Origin: a virus
Taxonomy: Duplodnaviria; Caudoviricetes
Direction: 5' to 3' (one strand)
DNA length: 63,271 nucleotides
IMG/VR virus record: IMGVR_UViG_3300023174_000169
Coordinates: 1-63,271 of that record
The notes beneath the pieces were generated by a model, which searched no databases, had not been told where the DNA came from, and saw only the letters and a list, made by a program, of their open reading frames with translations. Made by a program: the position numbers and the translations under genes. This document shows positions 27,864 to 40,500 of this stretch, in pieces; the stretch's first letter is position 1, and each line of letters opens with the position of its first letter.

Positions 27864-28532
27864 TTAGACCTCAGTGAATCCAGTTAAACTTTGTACTCGA
27901 ATTGTATAATCAATTTGTAACAATCTGTTTAACGATTTTTGTACTGGGTGAAAAACAACGTGTGTCAGTAGCTTGCCCTCGCCTGATGGGTTATATCCTT
28001 TAAGGCCTAACTCGTCAAACACAAAACTGCTATTCATATCTTGGCTGTTATCAAATGCTTGTTGGCCGTCTGGTTCGCCGTAATCTAATAAACAACTAAC
28101 AATAATATCACTGTATGTTGCACCGCTAACATGACGAATTTCCATCTTGTTTCTTACTGGGTCTGTATTTGCACTGGCATTTTGATCAACAATTTTTTGA
28201 TATGTTTGATTATATAAACTAGAGTTTACGCCAATTGTGTTTGGAGTTAGATATGATATCAGCCCTGTCGGATCAACAATAGTTCCTCCTGTGCCAAATG
28301 CCATTTGATATATAGTACCCTGTCCTTGGTTACTTAAACTCTGTACCATTGCAACACTCATATTTTCATAGTGAATGGCATTTCTTTTATCAACAAAAAT
28401 TTCCTTAGTTTCAGGATCAAAAATTTTGATGTGGCCTTCGAAATGGAAGCCTCCTGTTTCGTGTGGTTTTTGTTCGGGATTTTCCGATTTTAGATTTTGA
28501 TCTTGTGGCATGTTAGACTCTTTATTCTCCAT
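27864..28532 (-). CDS. putative baseplate/tail-fibre attachment structural protein
   Basis: Located between the giant wedge gene and the fibres. ATG 28532 (MENKE) or a slightly later ATG is more plausible than the ORF-track start 28556, which lies inside the upstream gene. Confidence 0.68.
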   Translation of the reverse strand: MENKESNMPQDQNLKSENPEQKPHETGGFHFEGHIKIFDPETKEIFVDKRNAIHYENMSVAMVQSLSNQGQGTIYQMAFGTGGTIVDPTGLISYLTPNTIGVNSSLYNQTYQKIVDQNASANTDPVRNKMEIRHVSGATYSDIIVSCLLDYGEPDGQQAFDNSQDMNSSFVFDELGLKGYNPSGEGKLLTHVVFHPVQKSLNRLLQIDYTIRVQSLTGFTEV

Positions 28533-28536
28533 AACG

Positions 28537-28544
28537 TATTTATT
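28537..28544 (-). promoter_or_regulatory. late promoter variant AATAAATA
   Basis: Overlaps the stop of the 4567-aa gene, 4 nt before ATG 28532. Confidence 0.45.
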
Positions 28545-31500
28545 CGGGCAATTCACTTGCTTTTTGATCTATGAATTTAGCAATAGCTGTTTCATTATTC
28601 AGTAATGTAATGCCTTTGCTAGCGGTTGTTTCGGCTCTATCGTACCATACACGGCCCACTTTTCTAATTATTAAAACTTGTAGTCCTTCTTTTACAGGCT
28701 TAGTTAAACGAACATAAGGCGTTGTTCCATCAACTGTAAACTCTGCTTCAATAACTGTATCTGCGGTAGGGCTTGATGCACCTAATGTTTCGTCATACAC
28801 TCTTAGGTGATCTTTCAATAATCTGCGACCGCCAACAAATATTTCAAGTTGATCACAAGGACCGTATTCATTAGGTATAGTAACTCTAGCAAAGCTGTCA
28901 TTTCTTGAAGATAGCACAGGAACGTAAGGTAGTGGTCCTATCAGTAAGGTGCTGCCGTCACTCACAAACGATTCTTTTTCCTGTGTATCAATATACGGTA
29001 TAGTATCTTCTTTTCCTGAGCTGACTACTTTTGTTCCGGCACGGGCTAATTCGCTAATTGCAGTACCCAAACAACCTCTTCTCAATTGTTTCAATACATT
29101 ACCTTCTTTAACCATATATTCAATCTTTTCATTGTCAATGGTTACAGTACCTGGAATGTTTCTATTTCTAATAGGCTCAGCAAGATTAGACGCATCTGAT
29201 ACTTCAATTTCAGTATCATAGTATCTTAAATCTTTTGTCAATACTGCTTTTGTAATTGCAAATCGAGTGTAATGAGTAATGTTTAACATGTCCTTATGAA
29301 TCTCAAATGCTCTAGGATCTTTGTAAATTTGATTTCCAAATTGTACAATTTCAACTCTGTCATTTAAGGTTGAAGGAACATTTAGGTATACAATATTTCT
29401 AGGCACAATAACAGTGTAATCTCTTCCGGATACTAATCGAGTACCGTTCTGATATACCCAGACATACGATAAATCTAAAGGCTGTCTGGCTAGTTGGTAA
29501 TTTACTTTTCCGCCAGTGTACACATCTGATACAATGTCAAATGTTGGATACTCTCCAAACCAAGTAATATCTAAAGTATCATTTACAACAAGTGCCACAG
29601 TTGCATCAATAATAATATTGTTATTTGCCACTGAGTATTCTGCATCATTTAAAATTTCAACTTTGATAACATCTTGTAATTCTAAGAAGGCAGTATTGAC
29701 GATAACTTTATTTGTTGTTCCATCAAATACATACGCAGTAACAAACGGTTGAGCAATCCCGTTGATATACACTTTTACATCAACTGATGTAACGTTGGCT
29801 TTTGGATCTTGACCAACAATTATTTCGTTATTGGAACCATCATAGATTCTGTAATATGTGTCTGGGCCTTTTAATTTTTTGTTATTCAACAATACTATCA
29901 TAGATGATGTTGCTGAATTTCTATCTAGATCAATAAATCTATCTAACTCATACGATCTAGTACTTCCGTCGTGTTTAATAGTTTGTTTGTTTACTCGTAT
30001 CAACGATAGCCCAGAACTATCTGTATTAGCCGATGTTCCTAATGCAATAATTTTAATGACCTGATTTGCATCAGGAGTCATTGCAAAATCAATAATAGCA
30101 TAATCAGGAGCAATGGCTGCGCCTGTTTCTTCGCTAACTACAGTGCTGTTTCTAAATCCGGTATCAACTTCAATACCGTCAACTGACACAAATACTGACT
30201 GTGTTGCAGAATACAACGACTTAGTCAAGAATAGATGTGTTTGCCCATCAGCTACAAATTCTTGATAATCAAGTAGATTTATACCACCGCGGCCAACTGC
30301 AATAATTTCAATTAAAGAACCTGTTGCAGGTATAGTATTAAAAACAACTTTGTTAGTAACATAATTTATAAAATAGTTTGTTGTTTTTTCATACAATACT
30401 TTATCAACATAAACTAATATAGAATTATCATCAGGTACCGTAATTCCAATGTCATATGAGTTAGTTACTCCGTCCGATGTTAGCACATAGTTTTGCAACG
30501 GCGCGGCGCCAGAAACTGTTGTTTGGAAAACTTTGATACTTAAAGTATCAAGTACCTGTCCAGGCACATTTTCTTCTGGTGCAGGAACTTGATTTGGATC
30601 AATAAATTTTCCGCCATCAACTAATAATTCTTCGGCTGTTTTTCCTGTGGCTGTTATATAGGCACCGCTCATCTGCGCTAGGGTTCCGCCTGTGATATTA
30701 GTATCTAATAAATTAGGATCATTGATAACAACAGAACCATCGCTATCAAATGCTCTAAAAATCAAAGTATCACCCGGATACGTGTTAAAGTACTCGTCAA
30801 TTGCATAGGTTACTGTGCTACCGTCACCTATAATAGTAGGCATTAGTGCATTTGGATTTATAACCATTGCAGAATCTCCTGCAATATTAAAATGCGGGTC
30901 ATCTATTCTCATGGCCTTTGTGTTGCCGGCACGTTGTAAATATACCGAAATACGCTCGTTAGGAGCCGGTGGTGTTGGCAAAGTCACTGTGGTAGTGCTG
31001 CCGTCAACTTGTATATAAACATCGTTGTTTGATTCAACACTATCCCAACTGTCTGTAAACCAAGGTAAAGCATCCCATCCACCTGTTACTTCAAATGTAT
31101 TCCCCTGAACCTGAACTCCACCAAAGTCAACACCTGTCATAAGTTGGCCTAAATCTTCACCGGCCATGCCTTCTGAAGGAGCATAATACTTGTGTATTCT
31201 GTTTACTGCGTCTAATAACTCATCGTTCTTTTCATAGGTTATTTCAATCACATCTGCAGATCTACCGATAGTAGGATCGGCTCCGAGTGGTGCTTGGGCA
31301 AATATTATTTTTCCTCGTAGTTGCTGATATGCATCAGTATCTAAACGATACAACGAAATATCATATTCGCTGTTCAGCACCAATTGATTATTTTTTGTTA
31401 TTGAAATTTTGTTCTTATCAATTGTAGGAGCAAAATGTAATTCAAATACTGAAGTTCTTCCAGAAGCCACTAATGTTTGTGTATGCTTGAAATTTTTGTA

Positions 31501-34500
31501 TAGTCCTGTCTTGGTAAGTCTATCAAACTTCATGCCAACGTTAAACATTCTGGCCTTAGTCTCACCTAAAATTGCAACAGCTTTGGCAATTTGGGTTGAG
31601 GATCCGTTGCCTCCAATAACATATACCCTAGGACTTAGAGTATACCCTTTTCCTGAATTTGTTACTTTAATTCCAGACACTTTACCGTTAGAAATATATG
31701 CTTTAGCAGTTGCGCCTGTACCATTTCCTTCAATTCTAATTTGAGGAACACTGGTATATTCTGCTCCTGCATCTGCAATTTTAATATCAACTACTGCATA
31801 TCCAAGTTCCTCAGCCCAGAATTTCCAAGGATACTGATCTAGTAAATTATATGCACCGTCAATTGGAACGATCCTTCCTTCTCTAGCAGAGTAGATTGGA
31901 GGTAAGTCAAAATCAATTGCTGTAGATTCTGTGTTATCAAGATTTGTGTATCTGCTTGTGTATTCTCTAATTGTGGTTTTATAAGGTTTTATTTCTTCTA
32001 GATATTTTTGGTACGCTGGAAGATTATCATTTTTAAATGTTACACGTTGTTCTAGTGGGCCTACATTATGCACTGCATTTACAAAACTAGTTTTGAACGC
32101 CCAGTAGAGATTCTCTTGCTCAGAAAATGCATAGCGTATGCTAGTGAAGAATAAATTATTCCACCCTGCTCCATTACCATATATATTGATATTTTGTTTT
32201 ACAGCTTTTAAAATGTTTCGTAATTCTGTTGACGGCTCTAAGTCATATAGTGCGGCATCATAATATGCAACATTGTCAAATCCTATAGGAGTTGTTATTT
32301 TATTAAACAGAGAATCCTTTGCGTAGATTGTTCCGTTTTCTCTACCAATCATTAAATAGTTTTTTAAAATTTCTCCTTGACCATCAGCTGTTCTTAAAAG
32401 TACTGCCCAGCCTCCTGTACCAAACTCTTTAACTTTAATTAAATCGCCTTCTTTAGTAGATAGTGTTGGCTCTAAATACAATGCAGGTATTTCAAAGATA
32501 ATTCTTGAACTTGCACTATATCCTTCTGCCCACCAATCAATATATTCCCAATATTTGGTAGTGTCGTATCCTTGAGATTTGCTTCGATAAAATAATTGTC
32601 TATCTTGATCCCATGAATAGATGCCCCAGAAATTATTGAGATTCTTATCTTGTCGTACCAATACAGAATATGCTCTAATTTTTACAATTGCAGAACTATA
32701 TTTTTTACCTCTTGATAAAATTTTAATAGAATCTACTCTACCCTGTAGATCAATTGTTATGCTTGCAGTTGCACCTTTACCTGTGCCTTCAATTTGAATA
32801 TACGGCGCTTTCTTATATCCAAATCCAGCATCAATAATATCAATCGTGTCAATTTCGCCGTTTACAATGTTTGCATGGAACACAGCTTGGCGTACTCTAA
32901 TTGTTCCAATTTGTTCAAGGTCAACTAGTGTGTCAACTGCAATATCATATTCGTTTAGTTTTTCAGAAGGAAGAGGATCTGCTAATTTTAAATATTCAAA
33001 GTCAATAAGATCCGCTGCTGGTATAGAGGTTAAAAATCCGTTTATGTTGTCTATAATAATTTTTAAAATTTTTGCCTTATCTTTAAACATTGACTGTCTT
33101 GGTCTAAAACTTAAACCATATTTTTCTTTATCAGATAATTTTGGATCAGGAATTGTGTTACCTGCTTGGTCAAATCCAATCAAACTGTCAATCCATTTTT
33201 GTTCTAGAGTTTCGTTTGGAACACTATCTGCAACGTTTTCAGACATCAACAAATATTCTCTATGTACAGGATTAGTTACAGCAGAATCTCTGTAAAATTC
33301 AATATTGACTGATGCATTTTCAGATGTTATTGCAGAATTAAAATTGTATGCTAACAATTTATTACTATCTAATACTGCAATTATCGGTAGACCGCTGCCT
33401 GCTGGATTTGAAATCAAAGATTGGATTCCTGCCGCTGATAGCGATCTATTTGGCATATCAGTAGGAATAATAGTTGATGCTTTTACCCAATAGTAATATA
33501 GAGTTTTTGTAAGTTGCTGTGTTGCAGAATTATATAACTGCTTTACAGAATATACATCGTTGTTTGGATGTAATGGTTGTCCGGAGATTCCGTTAGCAAG
33601 CCCTGTGGCTGTATCTGCCAACGCACTCCATTCGGAAGGTTGTAATATTGTTTCTACCCATTCGTAAACATCGATACTAGCTCCCTGGGCTAACTTATTC
33701 CAGTTACCAGTACGATAGGAAATATCTCCTTGCTCGTAATCAACCCACTTTGCTGTTCCTAGATTCCACCAAATTTTTCCAACTTGTTTTTCAAACCATG
33801 CAGTTGTTGAGTCAACAACTTGCTCGTCGGAACCAATTGTGTAAGTTGCAGGATCGTATGGTGTCTTATAATTGATCTCAGCATCTGCAATTCCAAGAAT
33901 CTTTAATCTAGCGTGATCAATAAAATCTACATCGGCAATTTTAATATTTTTAACTGTGTCAACTAAAATAATATTTTTAATTTTTTCAATGTCAGTAACT
34001 GCATCTTGTTGTGCAATTATACCAAGAGAATTTACGTCATTAGCTTTCTTGAATAATCGAACTGTTCCTACTGGAACTCCTAACTCTTTGTAAGCCGGTG
34101 AGCCAACTGCAATCACTGATGTTGAAACATCAATACTGTAGCCAAAAGATTCGTCTGTTTGTAGGTCTGCTTGCAATTTTTCTGCAAGGAAATATTTTCC
34201 ATCAAGTCTTTCATAAGAATATACCTGACCAGTGTAACCTTTATCTTCTGAGAACGTTGTAGAGTTTCTATCAAATGTTGTGTTATCCATGAAATAGGTA
34301 GAAGCTTTATACGGAGCATTCTTAGCCCCTACTACTACTCTATCTGCACCTGGACTAATACTAACACTGAAACCAAACAGTATGTTAGAGTATTCTTCAT
34401 AGCTTTCAATTTTTTGTTTTAGACGCCACTCGGGAGCAGCCAATGATGCTGCACTAAAGAAGTATACCGAACCTTGGTTCTGTAAATTGATATCTGCTAA

Positions 34501-37500
34501 CGGACTACTTATAACAATATTCAATCCAGTTGCATCAATGTCAACACTAAATCCAAACTGATCGCCTACATTGATCGGCTCTGACTTATCTAGGTCGCTA
34601 AAGTTTGCAATTGACTGAGATGTAATTGTTTGTTTTAATCTATAGATGCTGTATTGATCTTTTTGGTAAATGTATACTTTACCTGTAGCGTAAAAAGAAC
34701 TATCACCTACGCTTATCCACGGAAGTCCTGCAGGGTCTTCTGCAATACTAAAATCAGAAGTTAGTTTTCTATATACTCCGGCTACTTTAACTACATCATC
34801 TTTTGTGTATTCAATATAAGGTGAATACATCCCTTTGTAATTTTCAAAATAGACACCGTCACTGTTAGGGGATCCTATTACTAAAATTGAGCCGTCTCTG
34901 CTCAATGCCATGCTTGAGCCAAATGCATCATCTTGTTTAACTAATTCGGCCAGTGTTGTTGAACCTGTTGGCCCTTCAGTTAGAGTTGATCCATCGATAA
35001 GACTTGAGCCGTCGGTGTTGACTGCTAGGTGTGTTGGTAGGTCGGGCTGTGTTGGTACTGGGTCAATTTTTGTCCATGCACCAGTAGCATCTTCGTCCAC
35101 GCCAATAGTACTACCATCGCCTACAAAATCAACAGTTGCTTGCCAGAAACGATTATCGTACCACACAATTGATCCTGTGGGATAACGTTTATGAGCATCA
35201 AAAATACCTCTGTAGTTAGAGTCTTCGTTCTGTGCCCACTGTGTTCCATTAAATTTATAAATGTATACTCTACCAGTATTATCAAGAGAGCCTGGAGCAG
35301 ACACAGTCATATAATATTCTGTTCCAGATTTACCAATCGCTATAGAACTTCCAAATAATTCACCAGTGGCAGGACGTGGGCTAACAAATGACGAATATAT
35401 GTTCCACGTTTGGTTGGCCCATTGGTATATTGATATTAAACCTTGTTTGTAAAGATTCTGCCCTGTTCCAAGGACAGGATCATAGTCAATAATAGTTGCC
35501 GGAACCCAGTCGCCATTGGTAATGTCAATGGTACTGTCGCCATGCTTGTCTGTTACTGCTTGCCATAGTTTGCCAGCATACAATACAATGTCACCAACAT
35601 TATAATTTGTAACTGCATCTAATGCTCCCTTAAATCTTGTAGGGATATTTGATGCAAATGGTGTTCCTATTACTAGCCATCTATTATCTGGACTAACTGC
35701 TACTGATGCACCAAACGACGAATTAGATAATGGATACAATGTAAGGTCTGGACTGATAACTTGTTTTGATCCTAATCCTGTTACTCCTTCTACTAGTGCT
35801 ACCACAAGATTTCTTGTAGGGAGTCCAGTTATTGTCTGGCGTAGATTTTCAACATAGACTACTGAAGATCCTGCGTTTAACGGAATAGTTGTTCCGTAAT
35901 CAGTAATTTCCTTAGGCAGGAATACGTTATTTTTTTCTAGTACTTGCCATTTTCCGGTGTCATCTTGATCAATCCATAATTTTGCACCAGCTGATAATAA
36001 TGCAGCCGAGTCAGGTGATAGAGCCGATGCTCTAGCAAATCTTGATTCTGTTAGCCCATATATTTTAATCAATGTACTTAGATCTGCAACTGGATCAATT
36101 GCTGTTTTGCTTACCTGCACCGAAATTGTATACGTTGAAACAGATACAATCTTAAAGAATCCTGTTAGATTAGTAACATCAACAATACCAATAACATCAT
36201 CGACTGCAAAAGTATGACGGCGATCAAAAGTAATTTCAACGGTACTTGTTGGTTTGATAACTTTAGAAATTGCAGTAATGTGTAATAACGGTTTAATGTT
36301 TACTCTAAAGACAGTCCATGAATGTTTATAGAACGTGACCCATATATGATCATTATCTGCAACTGAAGTAATATCAATATTAGAAATATCATCAATTGTT
36401 GCCACTGCATAATCAATTTGATCAAACTTTACATACCCTGCTGTTTGTAACTCAACATCAGTGGTTGTTGGAATAATGTTTACTGTAAAAGGAGTATCGG
36501 CTTTGGTAAACTGAGAAGCAGGTATTCTTAGATACTGATCTAATATAACGGAACTAGGGATAGAAGTTACAATTAAAATAGGCTGTGGATTTATTTGAAT
36601 ATCATTTCTAGTGATAGCAAATTCAATTTCTTTCAACTGATCTTTACCGCCAAACTCTCCTACGTTAAACGCCCACTCTTCGTTTAGTACAATACTATCT
36701 TCTGTACTTCTACTGATTTTATCAAAGATCTTTACCGCTGCATTTTTTGTGCCTTTTTCTCTGATGAATCCTTGATATAATTGAAATTGTGTTACATCGT
36801 CTTCTGCAAGATTTTGTAAGTAATCTCTTGTTTGATATGCAATTGCATGTCTACCTAAATCTCGCTGACTTGTACTCAAGCCGTCTGAATCAAGATTATA
36901 ATAATCTTCAAACTGATTGATTCTATAATCAAAGTTTGGTACTAGTCTCTTTTCAGGTAATGAATCTAATTTTGACCAATGCGAATCATTAAAGAATTCT
37001 GCACCTGTTTGATTGATCTGACTTACCCAATTATATGCTTTATAAGAAACTATATCGCCTAACTTGTAATCAACAAATGGTTGCCAAGGAGCTATACTTA
37101 CATTGTCAAACAAAAAGCCAGGACTTGTGTAATCTCCGTCCCAGTCAACTGTACGGAAACCTCTACTCTTGATACGTTCTTGTCGATAGCCAGTGGTCTT
37201 ATCATAGATAACATCATTGAACACTGTGCGATCTGAAAAAATTGCAACGTGTTCTTTTAGGACCAAATATCCTTTAAAGAAATAAATGCCTTCGTTTGTG
37301 TTTGTAGTTTCAATTGTTACATTTTGAAATCCGCGTTTAATATTCAAGAAATTAGGAACTAGCGGATTTCCATCACCACGATATACCTGATAATCATAAA
37401 AACTATCTAATAAATTATCTAACACACCTACAGAAAAATCAATATCTAGTTTTTCAGCAGACGGGCTTAGAGTAAGCAGAGAACCAACTGCCCAATTGTG

Positions 37501-40500
37501 TTGAGTCCAATACATAAACTCTTTAGCACTGGTAGTCCAGTCTTGAGTGACTTTATTTTCAGAATCGTATCGACCAAATTTAAATCCCTGAGATATTAGA
37601 TATTGCTCATATCCAATTAAAAAGTCAACAACTTCTTGTACGGTGCCTAGGACCGTGCCATAGCTCATTTTTAAAACTGATTGGTAATCAAACGAGCTCT
37701 TTTTAAATGCATCAGTTGATCCAATTTTAGGCAATCCTGGTAATAGTTTCCACCTAGTGATATCAAAGGTTGATCCGCTGTCATGACTTGCAAGACTACG
37801 ATAATATCTATTACTGTATTCTATAATAACACCATTGCCATAAAACTTATTAGGAGACCATTGAAGGTAATTTTCACTTATTCCGCCTACAGAGATAGTA
37901 GGATTCCCTACGCTTGAAATAGCGAAGAAATATGGAAAATATGGAAACTGTTTATCGTACCCTTCTAGCTTCCATCCGTTTTCTAATTTTTCAATAATAA
38001 CACCGCTATAAGTTATGCTGTTTATAGGTGCGCTAACGTTAAAAAAGATTTCCTGATTTTCAAAAGGAATAAAAATATTACTTGACGTGGAGTTAGGGCT
38101 ACGACTGTCAAGTACAAATTTCTGTTGCTGAGGATCAACAAATCCACTTAGTCGATAGGTTAGACCAACATCAATTGATTCTAATCTAGTTTGTAATTGT
38201 GTGCTTGGTAAACTTTGACTCAATAAAAAATCAACAATATAAGATGCTAGTCCGGATACTTTAGATCCTCCGGTCGCTGATAACACTAAGTTATCTACAT
38301 TGATAAATTTATTTGTGGTAGAACTTACCAACTGATTTAAAATGTTTCTTTTAATTGTGGCTCTATCAAAGGTCTGTCCAATAAATTCAAAAGGTCGTAG
38401 CAGACACAATGCTATTACAACAGCAAACGGATACTCGCTGGTAATTCTCCATGCATATTCTGCGGGAGACGAATCTCCAAATTTAAAATCTCCTTGATTG
38501 TTTATCAAAGAAAAACCACGTGCTAAATTGGAATCTAATGGACTAATTAGTTTTCCATTAGCATCTACTGGAATACATTCTAATAGGCCGGGTCGTTGAT
38601 ATCTTGAATCTACTCCAGCAGTTGGGCCTTGTCTGATGACGCCATTTGCAAGATCTTCCCACAAAATTAAATTGTTAGAAGTATACGGTGCTGGGCCGTA
38701 TTCGCTTTCCCACCATGTTGGTTTTTCACTGAATCCTAACATTTCCCAAGGACACATATGAGGGCGAGTGGTATCAAAGAACCACTGGTACACTCCTCTC
38801 CACCAGCCAGGCAGCACCTGCGTAGAAGTGGGATCTAACATGTTTGAATATGTGTACGTGAAACTATTTTCTGAATCAAAATATCTGTTGCTTGTATAGT
38901 CAACAGTTGTATCAGAAATCCAAGTTAGAAATTCAGTTGATATAATTTCGTCGACTTGAGATTTTGAAAAAATTCCAGATTTATAATATCCGCCTAGTAC
39001 ACGGTCTATATCAAATAAACTTTCAGTGTAAGGTTCTTTAAGATTATTATAGATTCGTAATTCTAATTCAAGTAGTATGTCATCTCGATAGTCTTCAAAT
39101 GCTGGTACTAGGCTACCGTCATGGCCCTGGATCATCCAGCGAGGTTCTAGATAAGTATCATCTAAAAACTTATAGGGTAGGTACTTTTTATAGATACCTA
39201 ATTTTGTAGGAGTTGGTGGAATATGGTTAAATGCTGTTGAGCCGTATTCTACTATTCTAATTTCATCTCCTTCAACTAGACTTACGTTTAATTGAACAAA
39301 AGGAAAAGATTCATTAAACTGATAATCTTTAGAATTTATAAGTTGACGGCCGTTGATATAAACATAAACTGCTCTAGTACTTTGAGTTTTTAAATCAAAA
39401 TGCTGAGATAACGAAAATGTTTTAATTCCTACATCCTCGACTGTATATTCAATAACACTATATGCACCAGTGCCTACCATATCGGAATCATTAAACGGTG
39501 ATATAGATGTTTTAGTCTTAGACAATGCTGATAAGATATTGTCGACTGTAGACGGAACATCATCGTTATATTCGAACTCGCCTGATAATTTTAAAAAATT
39601 ATTCTTAAATTCACTATATGCTTTTTTAGCATACTTTATAGATTTTACTATATTGAGTTTTTTATCAACTAATAATGCAATAGATGCAGGCGCTAAACTA
39701 GAATGTTTTAAAAAACGTTTGTTATGATTTTGGTAGCCGACAAGATCTCTTAAATTGCTTGCTCCTGGAAAGACTCCAGAAAATTCTGTTGAAAATTCAA
39801 TTCCAGTAGACACATGGTCAGTTGCCTGTCCAAATGTAAAAGTTGTTAAAATTTCGTTCAACGGATTTTTTTCTAGCCCTACTGGAACTTCGTAGTATCC
39901 TGTGTTAGGCACTAGATCAGAAAATATTTTAATTACCAATACATCTTTAGCAGAGAATGTGTGGGAAAATGTAAATGTCCCTGCAACCTGTTCCCAGGCA
40001 CTAGTAAGTTTTTTACCGTTTAAATAAAAATATATTTCAACAGACATATCATCGGTAATGTCCTGCCAATTCAATGTTGTGAAAGATACAGTATTAGTTG
40101 GATTTTCAACTATCACAGAATCGATAATTGGCTGCAGATATGTATTGTTTGTCTCTACCCAATTGTTACCAAATTCTCCGGTATCGTTGAATTTAAAAAA
40201 TCCTGTGGAGATGTCAACACTGTAACTTTCTCTATCAATTTCATAGGTTACTGTTTGAGTATCCCAGTCAAAGTTAAATTCAATATCGCCTACATTATCA
40301 AGGTTTAGATAGCTGAGAGGAAAACCTAGTTCAGTATCAGCAACACCAGAACCAATTTTGTAACTAACAATTTTTGTGCCTGCAAAAGTAGATACTGGAT
40401 ATTTGTCAATGTCGCCAAAACTAATTCCCTGCTCATCAAACGAATCAAACATTGGGGGCTGGTTTACTTTGGTTTTTTCTTGTCCTAATTTCCAATCAGA